A stretch of 53,709 bases of DNA from Campylobacterota bacterium (GCA_051746405.1 JBNJFB010000012.1:1-53709), one strand, 5' to 3'. Positions 1 to 10,367 are shown, numbered from the stretch's first letter. Notes: generated from the sequence alone by a model not told the origin. A program made the numbers and translations.

Positions 1-24
1 TTTAGTAGAATTTATGATTAGAAT

Positions 25-49
25 AACCTAAGGCAAATGCCTTTAGGTT
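25..49 (-). terminator. Hairpin directly after the last gene of the lyase operon; putative intrinsic terminator
   Basis: aacctaaggca-aa-tgcctttaggtt inverted repeat abutting the stop codon at 50. Confidence 0.5.
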
Positions 50-1033
50 TTAAGAAAAGAATCTTTTATCTGCTTCTTCTAATATTTTACCACCTGATAA
101 TTTAGCTCTTTGAACTAACTCCCAGAAGTATCTATATGTAGCTCTATCGTGTAACTCACCTGCATACTGAATTGGTCCCCAGTCTGCATCTTGAGCTTTG
201 ATTAAAATATTTTGTGCAGCTTCTAACTCTGTAAAGTCAGGTTTCATAGCATCAACAATTGCTTGAACTTGTGTTGGGTAAATTGACCACATTCTCATAA
301 ATCCAAACTCATTTCTAGCTCTTTGTGCATCTTTGTAAGTTTGGTAAGGATTTTTTAAATCAAGTGTTACGTTGTGTGCTGGAATTACATTGTTTTGAAT
401 TGCAGCTTGAGCAACTTTTGCTTTTGCAGCACTGATTAATCTGTGGTCAAATTGACCTGGACTTCTCATGTTAATCGCTGGAATTGCACCTTGGTAACCT
501 GAAACAAAGTCCATTAAACCAAAGTCTAATACTTGTATCCATGGTAGTGTTGCTGTTTTTTCAACATCTTTTAATGCTCCATGAGTCTCAATTAATACAT
601 GAATAGGAATCTCTCTTGTAATTCCAGACTCTTTAGCCACTTTTTGAATATATTCAACTTGAGTTTTTGCATCTTCATAACAAGTTGATTTTGGTATTGT
701 AATATATGCTAATTTTTCACCAGCACCTGGAACTAAAATATCAACATCTTGTCTCCAATCTGGATGAGAGTGGTCATGGATTCTAGTCCCTGCCATACCA
801 TATGGATTCTCCTCAGAGTTTACAACTCTTACAATCATCTCTGCATGTTCAACTTCTTTACCAGTTTCTGCTCCATCTTCACAATCACAAGTAATATCAA
901 AAACAGGTCCAAGCTTCTTTTGCATTTCAAAACCTTTTTTGATTAGCTTTTCGCTTCCTGCAAAGTGCTCACAAGTTGGAATAATTGGTAAACTTTTTCC
1001 AGATTCAAATAGTGCTTCATTAGGGTGTGTCAT
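50..1033 (-). CDS. CitE/HpcH-HpaI aldolase-citrate lyase family protein (CoA-ester lyase-like)
   Basis: 327 aa; DCEDG motif, IPK, LIETH, FGLMDF and MWSIYPTQV match the CitE-superfamily TIM barrel; AAGGA RBS. Confidence 0.8.
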   Translation of the reverse strand: MTHPNEALFESGKSLPIIPTCEHFAGSEKLIKKGFEMQKKLGPVFDITCDCEDGAETGKEVEHAEMIVRVVNSEENPYGMAGTRIHDHSHPDWRQDVDILVPGAGEKLAYITIPKSTCYEDAKTQVEYIQKVAKESGITREIPIHVLIETHGALKDVEKTATLPWIQVLDFGLMDFVSGYQGAIPAINMRSPGQFDHRLISAAKAKVAQAAIQNNVIPAHNVTLDLKNPYQTYKDAQRARNEFGFMRMWSIYPTQVQAIVDAMKPDFTELEAAQNILIKAQDADWGPIQYAGELHDRATYRYFWELVQRAKLSGGKILEEADKRFFS

Positions 1034-1061
1034 ATTAAATTCCTTTTATTTAGTTTAGTTA

Positions 1062-2120
1062 TTATTTTTTTGTTTTTTTCTTTGGGATTACAACAGTGTA
1101 ATCTAAATCAAGTACTACATTTTTTAAGTACTTACCATCTTCACCTTTTGGTGACTCAATCTCTTGGGGTTTTTGATTTTTAAGAGCAACTGTTCTTAAT
1201 CTTAATAACCCAATATCATCTCTTTTATGCTCAATTGTATCAATTACTTCCGTATAAGCATAGATAGTATCACCTGCATAAGTTGGGTTTGCATGAGCTC
1301 CACTGTTTATAGCATACATCCATTGGGCATTTTGTAGCCCATTAAATGAAATAGCTCTTGCAATTGAGATAACGATTCCCCCATACATAAGCCTTTCACC
1401 CATAGGAGTTGACTTCATCATATGGTCATTAAAATGTACTTTTGCATTGTTTTGATAAAGCTTTGTTGCTAAAGTATGGTCACTATTATCAACTGTTATA
1501 CCCTCAGGGTGATCTAATCTTTCACCCTTTTCATAATCTTCAAAAAAGAACTCTCCACCAGATGCATTAGTATCAACACATTTTATTTCAGGGATATTAA
1601 TCTCTTCACAAATAGGAGTTGACTCTTTAAACTGTGGAATCTCTTTAATTCCAGAAGTTGTAGTTTTGTCCTTTTTATGAACCATTACCCATCTTTTGAA
1701 GTTTAATACCTCTTTATCATTTTGATTTACACCAATAGAGTGAACATAAACAACTCCACTTTTTCCATTAGAGTTCTCTTTTAGTCCAATTACAGTAGAG
1801 GTCATACTTACAGTATCACCTATGTAAACTGGATTTGGGAATGATATCTCCGCATAACCTAAGTTTGCAATTGCATTTAAAGAGATATCTTGTACTGATT
1901 TACCAAAAGTTAGGTGAAACATCAGTACATCATCAATAGGTCTTTTTTCATATCCCATTTGCTTTGCCACTACATCTGAAGAGTGTAGGGCAAATCTAGA
2001 ACCTGTAAAAGCGATGTATAAAGATACATCACCTTCACTTATTGTTCTAGGTAGTGGGTGAACTATTTTTTGACCCATTGAGAAGTCTTCAAAAAAGTTT
2101 CCTATATTTATTTTAGACAC
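1062..2120 (-). CDS. mch: Mesaconyl-C1-CoA (2-methylfumaryl-CoA) hydratase, double MaoC hot-dog fold
   Basis: GNFFEDF...PRTISEGDV.LY...GSRFAL.SS, FHLTFGKSVQDISLNAIANLGYA, GVVYVHS, RWVMV and second FFEDY...YQNNAKVHF repeat closely resemble Mch as recalled from Chloroflexus/Rhodobacter; GTG start with GGAG RBS. Confidence 0.8.
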   Translation of the reverse strand: MSKINIGNFFEDFSMGQKIVHPLPRTISEGDVSLYIAFTGSRFALHSSDVVAKQMGYEKRPIDDVLMFHLTFGKSVQDISLNAIANLGYAEISFPNPVYIGDTVSMTSTVIGLKENSNGKSGVVYVHSIGVNQNDKEVLNFKRWVMVHKKDKTTTSGIKEIPQFKESTPICEEINIPEIKCVDTNASGGEFFFEDYEKGERLDHPEGITVDNSDHTLATKLYQNNAKVHFNDHMMKSTPMGERLMYGGIVISIARAISFNGLQNAQWMYAINSGAHANPTYAGDTIYAYTEVIDTIEHKRDDIGLLRLRTVALKNQKPQEIESPKGEDGKYLKNVVLDLDYTVVIPKKKTKK

Positions 2121-2130
2121 TTAATTCTCC

Positions 2131-4653
2131 TTATTTACCAAATAGGTTTTGACCTAAAGATTTGTATGTTTCATATAAAGTAATTCTTTTCTTAGCCCAT
2201 TTGATTTTTGAACCATCAACAAGCTTATTATTGTGCATAATTACTTCTTTACCATCTTGCTTAGCTTTTTCATAAGCTGCAATCATCTTCTCATAATCTT
2301 CAATTTCACTCTGTTTTGGAGTAAAGATATCATTGATGTACTCAATTTGTACAGGGTGAATTAAAGATTTACCATCAAATCCTAAGTTAAATGCATCTTT
2401 TGTTGAGTCTTCACAAGCAAACTCATCATGAACATCAAAGTGTGGTCCATCTATAACTGTTTTACCATATGCTTTTGCAGCAAGTGCAATTTGCGATAGG
2501 TAGTTAAACATAGCTTTTGAACCTTTTTTGATATCTATTTGAAGTCTGTTAGCTAGTTTATTTGAACCAACAACTACAACATCAACTCTACTGCTTGCTG
2601 CACAAATCTCTTGAATATTTAGTACTGAAATAGGAGTTTCAATCATAATCATTAATGATAACTCTGGATTAACTTCATCGATTAGTTTAGCAGCTTCTAA
2701 AACATCCTCTTTACAATCAATTTTAGAGAAAAGTAAACCATCAAGCTCAATCTCTTTTGCTAACTCTAAATCAAGTTTTAAATCTTCACTTCCTAGATTA
2801 TTTATTCTAAGTACTCTTTCACTTTCACCAAACTTAGAGCCTTGTTCTTTATAAACTTTTTTAATTGTATCTCTACCAACAACTCTTTGTTCATGTAAAA
2901 TAGCTTCTAAATCAAAAATTACAGTATCTGCTAATACAGTTTTTGCTTTTTCGATATTTTGCTTATTATATGATGGTACAAATAGCATTGATCTTCTAGC
3001 CTTATACTCAATAAGCTCTTCGCCATTTTCTTGAGCATTATATACTTCATGTAGATTTTTAACTAGTTGTTTTCTTAAGACTTTTCCATTTTTTGTTCTT
3101 GGATAGTCTTTCATGCTAAAGATCTCTTTAGGTGCTTTATATTTTGCTAGATTATCTTGAGAAAATTTCAATATCTCTTGTTCTTGCTCTTGTGTTAAAT
3201 CTTTGTGTCCAATTACAGCAATTGCTACTAGAGTTTTATTTGGTCCAACTTCTAAACCAAATGCAACACAATCTGCAACTAAATCATGGGTTTTTACAAC
3301 TCTTTCAATTTCATGCGGTGATACTCTAAATCCAAATGTATTGATAATATCATCTTTTCTACCTATAAACCAGATATATCCATCTTTGTCTTTTTTAGCA
3401 TAATCACCTGTAAAGAAGTAGCCATTGTGTCTAGCTTTTCTTGTCTCTTCTTCAAGCTGCCAGTACTCTAAGAATAGTCCAGGGTCATCTTCACCTATAC
3501 AAATCATTCCCTCTTCTTCAACACCAACTTCTTCTAAAGTCTCTGGATTTAGAAGTTTTACTATATGTCCTGGCTGAACAAATCCAGCACTTCCAGGTCT
3601 TATTGGGTTATTTATAGAGTGAGAGATATAGTATGAACACTCGCTCATACCAATAGCTTCATAGATATCTTGCTTAAATCTCTCTTTCCAAAGTTGAAGC
3701 ATCTCATCAGATAAATGCTCTCCTGCACTCATGCAGTATCTTAAAGTAGGGCAATCTTCAATAGTATAATTTGTTTTTTGAATAATCTGTCTATAAATAG
3801 TTGGTACTCCAATAAAGATAGTACACTTATGTTTTTTAATTAATTCAATCCACGTAGAAGCGTCATTTGCACCTTCGTATGCAATTACTGCATGACCATT
3901 GTAAAGTGGGTCCATTAGTGCAGAACCTAATACATAAGTCCAGTTGAACTTACCTGAGTGCATTATTCTATCATTCTCTTTAAAGTTAAACCAATATTTT
4001 GTAGCAGGAGTTCTACCTGTAAGTGACCTATGAGAGTGTAAAACACCCTTTGGATAACCAGTTGTACCTGATGTATATACTAAATAAGCAGGCTCCCCTG
4101 ATTTTGATTTATAGTGGTTTGGTTCAGTACTTGTTTGTTCTAAAATCTTGTTTAAAGAGAAAACTTGTATACCTTTTGGCACATATAACTCATCAACACT
4201 ATCAATTCCAGCTACAATAATAGTTTTTAGATTATCAACATTTTCTAAGTATGGAGTTAAGTTTTCATACATAGTTGCACTCATAACAATAGCTTTAGCT
4301 TGTGAATCTTCTGCTAAATACTTAACCTCTGAACCACTAAGTAGTGTAGAAGTAGGTACAGCAATAATCCCAGCTTTAATTGCACCAAAGAATGAGATAG
4401 GGTAAGCAAGAGAGTTTTTTAAACAAACTAAAACCCTATCTCTTGCTTCAAATCCTAACTCTTTTGACAAGAAGTTACAAACCTGGTCAGACTTAGTTGC
4501 TAAGTCTTTGTATGTAATCTCATCAGTACCAAGCTTATCATCTTCAATAATCATAGCTGTGTTGTTCTCTTTATCAGTTCCTACGTGAGCTGATGTACAA
4601 GCAACACCTATGTTTAGAAATTCTGGTACTTCAATATTAATGTTTGAACTCAT
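2131..4653 (-). CDS. Acyl-CoA synthetase (AMP-forming) fused to a C-terminal CitE-like lyase/thioesterase domain
   Basis: YTSGTTGYPKG AMP-binding motif, FTGD, GRKDD, PRTKNGK; then RRSMLFVP...IFDLEA...MIETP...GFDGKSLIHPVQI CitE domain in the same 840-aa frame. Confidence 0.8.
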   Translation of the reverse strand: MSSNINIEVPEFLNIGVACTSAHVGTDKENNTAMIIEDDKLGTDEITYKDLATKSDQVCNFLSKELGFEARDRVLVCLKNSLAYPISFFGAIKAGIIAVPTSTLLSGSEVKYLAEDSQAKAIVMSATMYENLTPYLENVDNLKTIIVAGIDSVDELYVPKGIQVFSLNKILEQTSTEPNHYKSKSGEPAYLVYTSGTTGYPKGVLHSHRSLTGRTPATKYWFNFKENDRIMHSGKFNWTYVLGSALMDPLYNGHAVIAYEGANDASTWIELIKKHKCTIFIGVPTIYRQIIQKTNYTIEDCPTLRYCMSAGEHLSDEMLQLWKERFKQDIYEAIGMSECSYYISHSINNPIRPGSAGFVQPGHIVKLLNPETLEEVGVEEEGMICIGEDDPGLFLEYWQLEEETRKARHNGYFFTGDYAKKDKDGYIWFIGRKDDIINTFGFRVSPHEIERVVKTHDLVADCVAFGLEVGPNKTLVAIAVIGHKDLTQEQEQEILKFSQDNLAKYKAPKEIFSMKDYPRTKNGKVLRKQLVKNLHEVYNAQENGEELIEYKARRSMLFVPSYNKQNIEKAKTVLADTVIFDLEAILHEQRVVGRDTIKKVYKEQGSKFGESERVLRINNLGSEDLKLDLELAKEIELDGLLFSKIDCKEDVLEAAKLIDEVNPELSLMIMIETPISVLNIQEICAASSRVDVVVVGSNKLANRLQIDIKKGSKAMFNYLSQIALAAKAYGKTVIDGPHFDVHDEFACEDSTKDAFNLGFDGKSLIHPVQIEYINDIFTPKQSEIEDYEKMIAAYEKAKQDGKEVIMHNNKLVDGSKIKWAKKRITLYETYKSLGQNLFGK

Positions 4654-4667
4654 TTGTAAACTCCTTA

Positions 4668-5801
4668 TTAAATTTGACCGTAAGGCCAGTTTTCTTTAAA
4701 TGTATGAATTGGCATTTTATTTAATACTGTTAATGCAAACAGCTCATGCTCTTTTGGTAATGCTCTTAGTGCATAAGCTCTTAAGATATTTTGTAGTGCT
4801 TTACCAAACATCGGAGGATCTAGCATCTCACCGTTATATCTAATAGCACCACTTAATAATGCATCTGCTTCAATTGCTGCTTTTAATACTGAAACATCAT
4901 GCTCAATCTCTTGAGGTGATGGTGTAAATGCAACTTTACATACATTAATATGATTAGGAGTAATAACTTGCTTACCTGTAAGACCCATAGCACACTCTCT
5001 TCTAGCATGAGAGTAAACATGTCTTGATGCATCATCGCCATGTAAATCTAACCATCTTCTAATATCTTTTTTCTCCAAACAGTTATCAGGTAATGAGTGT
5101 GGTGTTAGTAGTACTTCAACCCCTCCAATTACACCTGTACCTTTAATTCTAGCTTCCATTGTAAGCATATTGAAAAATGTCTCTAACTCATCAATCCATC
5201 TTTCAGGAGTGATTTTATAAGCCATTGCTTTTGAAAAGTCATGAATACCAAATACAAGATGTTTAACTGTTGAGTGCTCCATTAATCTATCAGCTATCTC
5301 TAGTGATTTTGGGTGCTCAATAATTGGTTGAATAGTTAAATTACTTCCAATAGAAACTAACCAAGAAGATAAGTCTCTAATCTCAGCTGAACCATAAACT
5401 TCACCCGCTTTTGCTAATACAATTACATCTATATATTTATGAATTTGTTTAATCATTTTTAGATCTTCTTCATACTCATCAGTTCTAAATGGATTAATTC
5501 TTAAAGCAATCTGGAAGTTTCTTTCTGGAAACTTTGGAAGTTCTTGAATAAGAAGCTCTCTACTCATAGCTTTTTGTCTACAACCATCTTCTAAGTCAAA
5601 AAGTACAGTGTGTGCTTTTGTCTTATAAGCATGTTTTTGTAATCTTAACTTAGCTTGTTCCATACTTTCATATGTTCCATCTAGAGGGTTATACTTAATT
5701 GGTGGGTAGTAAATTTGAATACCAGGCCAATATCCACCAAGTACTGGTGTTAAGTCATCATTTGCTGTTAACTTAGATAAATCTATTGCAGAAGTCATCA
5801 T
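4668..5801 (-). CDS. CitE-superfamily CoA-ester lyase (malyl-/methylmalyl-/citramalyl-CoA lyase-like)
   Basis: LFDLEDG, RIN, IIEHP, FGIHDF, GLTGKQVITP, GEMLDPP motifs; 377 aa. Confidence 0.7.
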   Translation of the reverse strand: MMTSAIDLSKLTANDDLTPVLGGYWPGIQIYYPPIKYNPLDGTYESMEQAKLRLQKHAYKTKAHTVLFDLEDGCRQKAMSRELLIQELPKFPERNFQIALRINPFRTDEYEEDLKMIKQIHKYIDVIVLAKAGEVYGSAEIRDLSSWLVSIGSNLTIQPIIEHPKSLEIADRLMEHSTVKHLVFGIHDFSKAMAYKITPERWIDELETFFNMLTMEARIKGTGVIGGVEVLLTPHSLPDNCLEKKDIRRWLDLHGDDASRHVYSHARRECAMGLTGKQVITPNHINVCKVAFTPSPQEIEHDVSVLKAAIEADALLSGAIRYNGEMLDPPMFGKALQNILRAYALRALPKEHELFALTVLNKMPIHTFKENWPYGQI

Positions 5802-6009
5802 TGGTTTGCCTTTCTTTTGTGTTGTGCTTATAGCTTTTGTTTTTAAGTTTGCAAGAACTTATTAAAACGATGTGAAAGTTATACATCATTTAAAATGAAT
5901 TGTTTTAATATAAAATAAAATACTAATTTTATTTAAGTTTAATTTTATATTGTAATTATTGTACCAAAAAATGGGGTTTGTTGTGTTAAATTATGTAAAA
6001 TAAATGTAC

Positions 6010-6048
6010 AAATTGAAGCTTTAATAAAAAATTTAAAAGCTTCAATTT
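6010..6048. terminator. 13-bp inverted repeat downstream of bioD; terminator or operator
   Basis: aaattgaagcttt (6010-6022) / aaagcttcaattt (6036-6048) perfect inverted repeat. Confidence 0.4.
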
Positions 6049-6116
6049 AATAAAAAATTTGAAATTTTCAAATTTTTTTGAATTTTTTTGAATTCTTAAA
6101 GTAATTTAAGCTTTTT

Positions 6117-6740
6117 TTATAGTTCATGTAAAAAGTTTAATTTTTTGAATTTTTTTTCTAAAAATGGTTTTGAAACTTCATTGAAACTATCTTTATGTTC
6201 ATATAGATTTATATAAAACTCAAACTCAATATCTCTATTTTGTAAAGCTTCAATTGAAAGCAAAGTGTCATTTATACAACCAAGTTTAGAAGGGGTGATT
6301 AAAATAGCTTTGCTTTTAAACCTTTTTATTAAATCTATTATATAAAACTCTTCAAGAATAGGAACCATAAGACCACCTGCTCCTTCAATAACTAAAATGT
6401 CACATAAAGACTCTAAATACTCTTTTTGTTTTACTAAAAAATCTAAACTAATATTTTTATCTTCTTTTGCTACATATGGAGCAGCTGGAAGTTTAAACTG
6501 ATAAGGAACAACTTCATTAATAGTTACATTAAATGCAGGATTTAGCTCTTTTACTAAATTTAACATCTTCATCCCATCCACAGGTTTATCAACCACACCT
6601 GTCTCACAAGGTTTAAAATATCCAACTTTTAAACCTTGCTTTGCAAAAAATCTAAGAAATTTTTCACAAGCGTATGTCTTGCCAACATCTGTATTTGTAG
6701 CTGTTATAAATATTGTATTTTGTTTATTCTGTTTTTTCAT
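6117..6740 (-). CDS. bioD: Dethiobiotin synthase
   Basis: FITATNTDVGKT P-loop, FKP.ETG, IEGAGGLMVP, LGCINDTLL; start moved to the ATG at 6740 (MKKQNK) because the upstream extension is low-complexity promoter DNA. Confidence 0.92.
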   Translation of the reverse strand: MKKQNKQNTIFITATNTDVGKTYACEKFLRFFAKQGLKVGYFKPCETGVVDKPVDGMKMLNLVKELNPAFNVTINEVVPYQFKLPAAPYVAKEDKNISLDFLVKQKEYLESLCDILVIEGAGGLMVPILEEFYIIDLIKRFKSKAILITPSKLGCINDTLLSIEALQNRDIEFEFYINLYEHKDSFNEVSKPFLEKKFKKLNFLHEL

Positions 6741-6810
6741 ATAATTTCTTTTTTGGTATAATTTTAGTAGTTTAAATTTAAAATAATATTTTATCAAAAA
6801 AAGGTTTGAT

Positions 6811-7110
6811 GTGGGTAATGAAATAGAAATAGAGTTGGATAACGAACTAGACTTAGAAGAACCGAAGAAATATAAAGTTTTATTATTAAATGACGATTAC
6901 TCAACTATGGATTTTGTTATAGATGTATTAGTAAAAGTTTTTAGAAAAAGTATAGATGAGGCGTCACAAGTAATGATAAATATTCACAATAAAGGTAGGG
7001 CAGTTTGTGGTGTTTATACACATGAAATAGCAGCCACTAAAGTCTCTCAAGTTAAAAGTATGGCAAGAGAAAAAGGCTTTCCCTTAAAAGCTATTATGGA
7101 AGAAGAGTAA
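6811..7110 (+). CDS. clpS: ATP-dependent Clp protease adaptor ClpS
   Basis: YKVLLLNDDYSTMDFVIDVL...A.CGVYTHEIAATKV...FPLKA; directly upstream of clpA. Confidence 0.95.
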   Translation: MGNEIEIELDNELDLEEPKKYKVLLLNDDYSTMDFVIDVLVKVFRKSIDEASQVMINIHNKGRAVCGVYTHEIAATKVSQVKSMAREKGFPLKAIMEEE

Positions 7111-7113
7111 AAA

Positions 7114-9342
7114 ATGATAAGTAAACAATTAAGAAATATTTTTGCACAAGCGGTTAGTTATGCAAGAAGTAGTAAACATGAGTATTTAACAAGTGAGCAT
7201 ATATTTTTAATGTTGTTGCATGATGAGACTATTGAAAATCTTTTTACAGACTTAGGAGTTGATACAACTAAGCTATTTGATGATACAAAAAAGTATATAG
7301 ATGAGAATACTCCTGTATTGCCAAATGGTGTTAAAGATGACCCAATAGAGACTGTATCACTAACATCAACTATTGAGTATATGGTAGCTCATACCCAAAC
7401 AAGTGGCAAAAAAAATGCAAATGTGGAAGATATGTTTGCTGCACTTTTAAAAGATGAGAAGTCATATGCATCATATCTTTTAAAAAAGTTAGGAATTCAA
7501 AGAGTTGATATACTTGAAGAGATTTCACACAAAGAGATAAATGAAGAGGAAGAAGAGGAGGATGAAGCATCACTATCTTCTTCAAAAGATAATAAGGTCT
7601 TAGAAAAAAATAGTACCCAGTTAGTGGATTTAGCAAAAAAAGGTGAGATTGACCCTGTAATAGGAAGGGATACTCAAATAGCTAGAGTTGTAGAGATATT
7701 ATCAAGAAGAAAGAAAAATAATCCTATTTTAGTAGGTGAACCAGGTGTTGGTAAAACAGCTATTGCAGAGGGTTTAGCTTTGCAAATAGCAAATGCTCAA
7801 GTTCCTGAGTTTTTAGAAGATGCAAAGATATATTCACTTGATATGGGTTCAATGATAGCAGGAACAAAATATCGAGGTGATTTTGAGAAAAAATTAAAAT
7901 CACTTTTAAAAGAGATAGAGAGTATTCCAAATGCTATTTTATTTATTGATGAGATTCATACAATAGTAGGTGCTGGAAGTGTTGGTGGAAGTGCAATGGA
8001 TGCTTCAAATATACTAAAACCAATGCTTGCAAGTGGAAAACTAAGATGTATAGGTGCTACAACTTTTTCTGAGTTTAGAAATGACTTTTCTAAAGATAAA
8101 GCACTAAGTAGAAGATTTGCAAAGGTTGATATAGAAGAGCCAAGCGTTGAAGATGCTATAACTATTTTAGAGGGATTAAAGTCTAAATATGAACAGTTCC
8201 ATGGAATAAAATATACTAAAACAGCTATACAAAGTGCAGTTGAACTAAGCCAAAAGTATATCACTGATAGATTTTTACCTGATTGTGCTATTGATGTTAT
8301 TGATGAGGTTGGTGCATCTAAAAAAATAGGATTAGCAACAGTAAAAACAAAAACAAAAAATAATATAACAGTTGGTCAAAAAGATGTTGAGCAAACAGTA
8401 GCAAAAATGGCTCATATACCTGCAAAAAGTGCTACAAAATCAGATATTACACTACTTAGAAATTTAGAGAAAAATATGCAAAAAAGAGTATTTGGACAAG
8501 ATAATGCAATAAGTGTAGTTTCCCAATCTATAAAAAGAAACAAAGCAGGGCTTGGACTTGATAAAAAACCTATTGGAAGTTTCTTGTTTACAGGACCTAC
8601 AGGTGTTGGTAAAACAGAGGTTGCAAAAGAGTTATCAACTCAACTTGGAGTTCATTTTGAGAGATTTGATATGAGTGAGTATATGGAAGCTCATACAATT
8701 TCAAGGCTTATAGGAGCTCCTGCTGGATATGTTGGCTTTGAGCAAGGTGGACTTTTAACTGAAGCTATTAGAAAACATCCACATACAGTACTTTTACTTG
8801 ATGAAATTGAAAAAGCACATCCTGATTTGATGTCTATACTACTTCAAGTAATGGATAATGCAGAGCTAACTGATAATAGTGGAAATAAAGCTGACTTTCA
8901 AAATGTAATTTTGATTATGACATCAAACTTAGGAGCTACAGAAGCAAATGTAATGGGATTTGCAAAAGATGAAAATCTAAATGAAAACAAAGCTGTTAAT
9001 AAGTTTTTTGCACCTGAGTTTAGAAACAGACTTGATAATATGGTCTCTTTTGAACCTCTAAGTATAGAAGTGGTTGCAAAAATAGCAGGTAAGTTTGTAG
9101 CAACACTAGAAGAGCAACTAAGTGATAAAAATATAAAAATAGCAATAACTCCAAAAGCTAAAAAAGAGTTAGCAAACTTAGGCTATGATAAAAATATGGG
9201 AGCAAGACCTCTTAATAGAGTTATTAGTGATAAAATCAAAAATGTACTAACCGATGAGATACTCTTTGGTAAGCTTAAAAAAGGTGGTCAAGTAAAAATT
9301 GACTACAAGGATGATTTCACTTTTACATATAAGCCACTTTAA
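7114..9342 (+). CDS. clpA: ATP-dependent Clp protease ATP-binding subunit ClpA
   Basis: Two AAA+ modules (GEPGVGKT, GPTGVGKT), no ClpB middle domain, 742 aa, adjacent to clpS. Confidence 0.95.
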   Translation: MISKQLRNIFAQAVSYARSSKHEYLTSEHIFLMLLHDETIENLFTDLGVDTTKLFDDTKKYIDENTPVLPNGVKDDPIETVSLTSTIEYMVAHTQTSGKKNANVEDMFAALLKDEKSYASYLLKKLGIQRVDILEEISHKEINEEEEEEDEASLSSSKDNKVLEKNSTQLVDLAKKGEIDPVIGRDTQIARVVEILSRRKKNNPILVGEPGVGKTAIAEGLALQIANAQVPEFLEDAKIYSLDMGSMIAGTKYRGDFEKKLKSLLKEIESIPNAILFIDEIHTIVGAGSVGGSAMDASNILKPMLASGKLRCIGATTFSEFRNDFSKDKALSRRFAKVDIEEPSVEDAITILEGLKSKYEQFHGIKYTKTAIQSAVELSQKYITDRFLPDCAIDVIDEVGASKKIGLATVKTKTKNNITVGQKDVEQTVAKMAHIPAKSATKSDITLLRNLEKNMQKRVFGQDNAISVVSQSIKRNKAGLGLDKKPIGSFLFTGPTGVGKTEVAKELSTQLGVHFERFDMSEYMEAHTISRLIGAPAGYVGFEQGGLLTEAIRKHPHTVLLLDEIEKAHPDLMSILLQVMDNAELTDNSGNKADFQNVILIMTSNLGATEANVMGFAKDENLNENKAVNKFFAPEFRNRLDNMVSFEPLSIEVVAKIAGKFVATLEEQLSDKNIKIAITPKAKKELANLGYDKNMGARPLNRVISDKIKNVLTDEILFGKLKKGGQVKIDYKDDFTFTYKPL

Positions 9343-9357
9343 AAGGTGGCTTTTTTT
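9331..9357 (+). terminator. Intrinsic terminator of clpSA
   Basis: aagccacttt-aa-aaggtggctt hairpin followed by a T run. Confidence 0.75.
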
Positions 9358-9435
9358 ATGCTTACTTCATAATTAAACTAAATTTAAGAATTGTTTAATC
9401 TTAAAGATGGGATAATATAAAAAAAGGAGTTTGCT

Positions 9436-10284
9436 GTGAGATTAAATACAAATATCGCTTCATTTGTAGCATATGAAAACTATAGCTTAAATAGCAAACT
9501 CTATAATAAATCACTAGAAAAACTATCAAGTGGACTTAGAATAAATAAAGCAAGTGATGACCCATCTGGATTAGCAATAGCAGATAATCTAAGAACCCAA
9601 GCTAACTCAATGGCACAAGGTATCAAAAATGCAAACTCAGCTATCTCCTTAACTCAAATAGCAGATAAAGCAATGGCAGAACAATCAAATATCTTAGATA
9701 TTGTAAAAACAAAGCTTATACAAGCAAGTACTGATACTACAAGTGATGATGGAAGAGAAGCCATAAGAAAAGATATAAATAAGTTGCTTGAACAGCTTGA
9801 TAATATAGCAAACCAAACAAACTATAATGGAATAAACCTACTACAACAAAGTAAAATAGACAATAGTATTTCAGATGACTTAAGCTTTCAAATCGGAGAT
9901 GCAGCAAGTGATACAATAAATATGCAAGGTGTTCAGTCTAATACAGCAGGATTAAATATAGCAGCTTTAAAATCCCTTGGTAATAATGCTTTGACAAGAA
10001 CAGTTGCTTCAAATAATTTAGAAGAGATTGATAAAGCCTTGAGTAAACTAAACGGTTTTAGAGCCCAGTTTGGTTCAACGCAAAATCAGTTGGAATCATC
10101 TGTTCGATATATGATGACTACACAGACAAATTTAAGAGCAAGTGAGTCAACTATAAGAGATGTTGATTATGCAAAAGAGGTTATGAACCTAAATAGACTA
10201 CAAATAGCAATGCAAGCTGGAATGTATGCAATAGCACAAGCCAATAAAATCCAAGAGCAGATGTTAAAATATCTTTTTAGATAG
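9436..10284 (+). CDS. Short flagellin (minimal D0/D1, orphan paralogue)
   Basis: LEKLSSGLRINKASDDPSGLAIA N-terminus and RAQFGSTQNQLE...SESTIRDVDYAKE C-terminus; GTG start after AAGGAG. Confidence 0.9.
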   Translation: MRLNTNIASFVAYENYSLNSKLYNKSLEKLSSGLRINKASDDPSGLAIADNLRTQANSMAQGIKNANSAISLTQIADKAMAEQSNILDIVKTKLIQASTDTTSDDGREAIRKDINKLLEQLDNIANQTNYNGINLLQQSKIDNSISDDLSFQIGDAASDTINMQGVQSNTAGLNIAALKSLGNNALTRTVASNNLEEIDKALSKLNGFRAQFGSTQNQLESSVRYMMTTQTNLRASESTIRDVDYAKEVMNLNRLQIAMQAGMYAIAQANKIQEQMLKYLFR

Positions 10285-10367
10285 TTTTTAGTTATATATT
10301 TATAATTAATCACAATTGTTATACAATGGAAAAATAAAATACCAAACTTCAAAAAAGGATTTACAAC

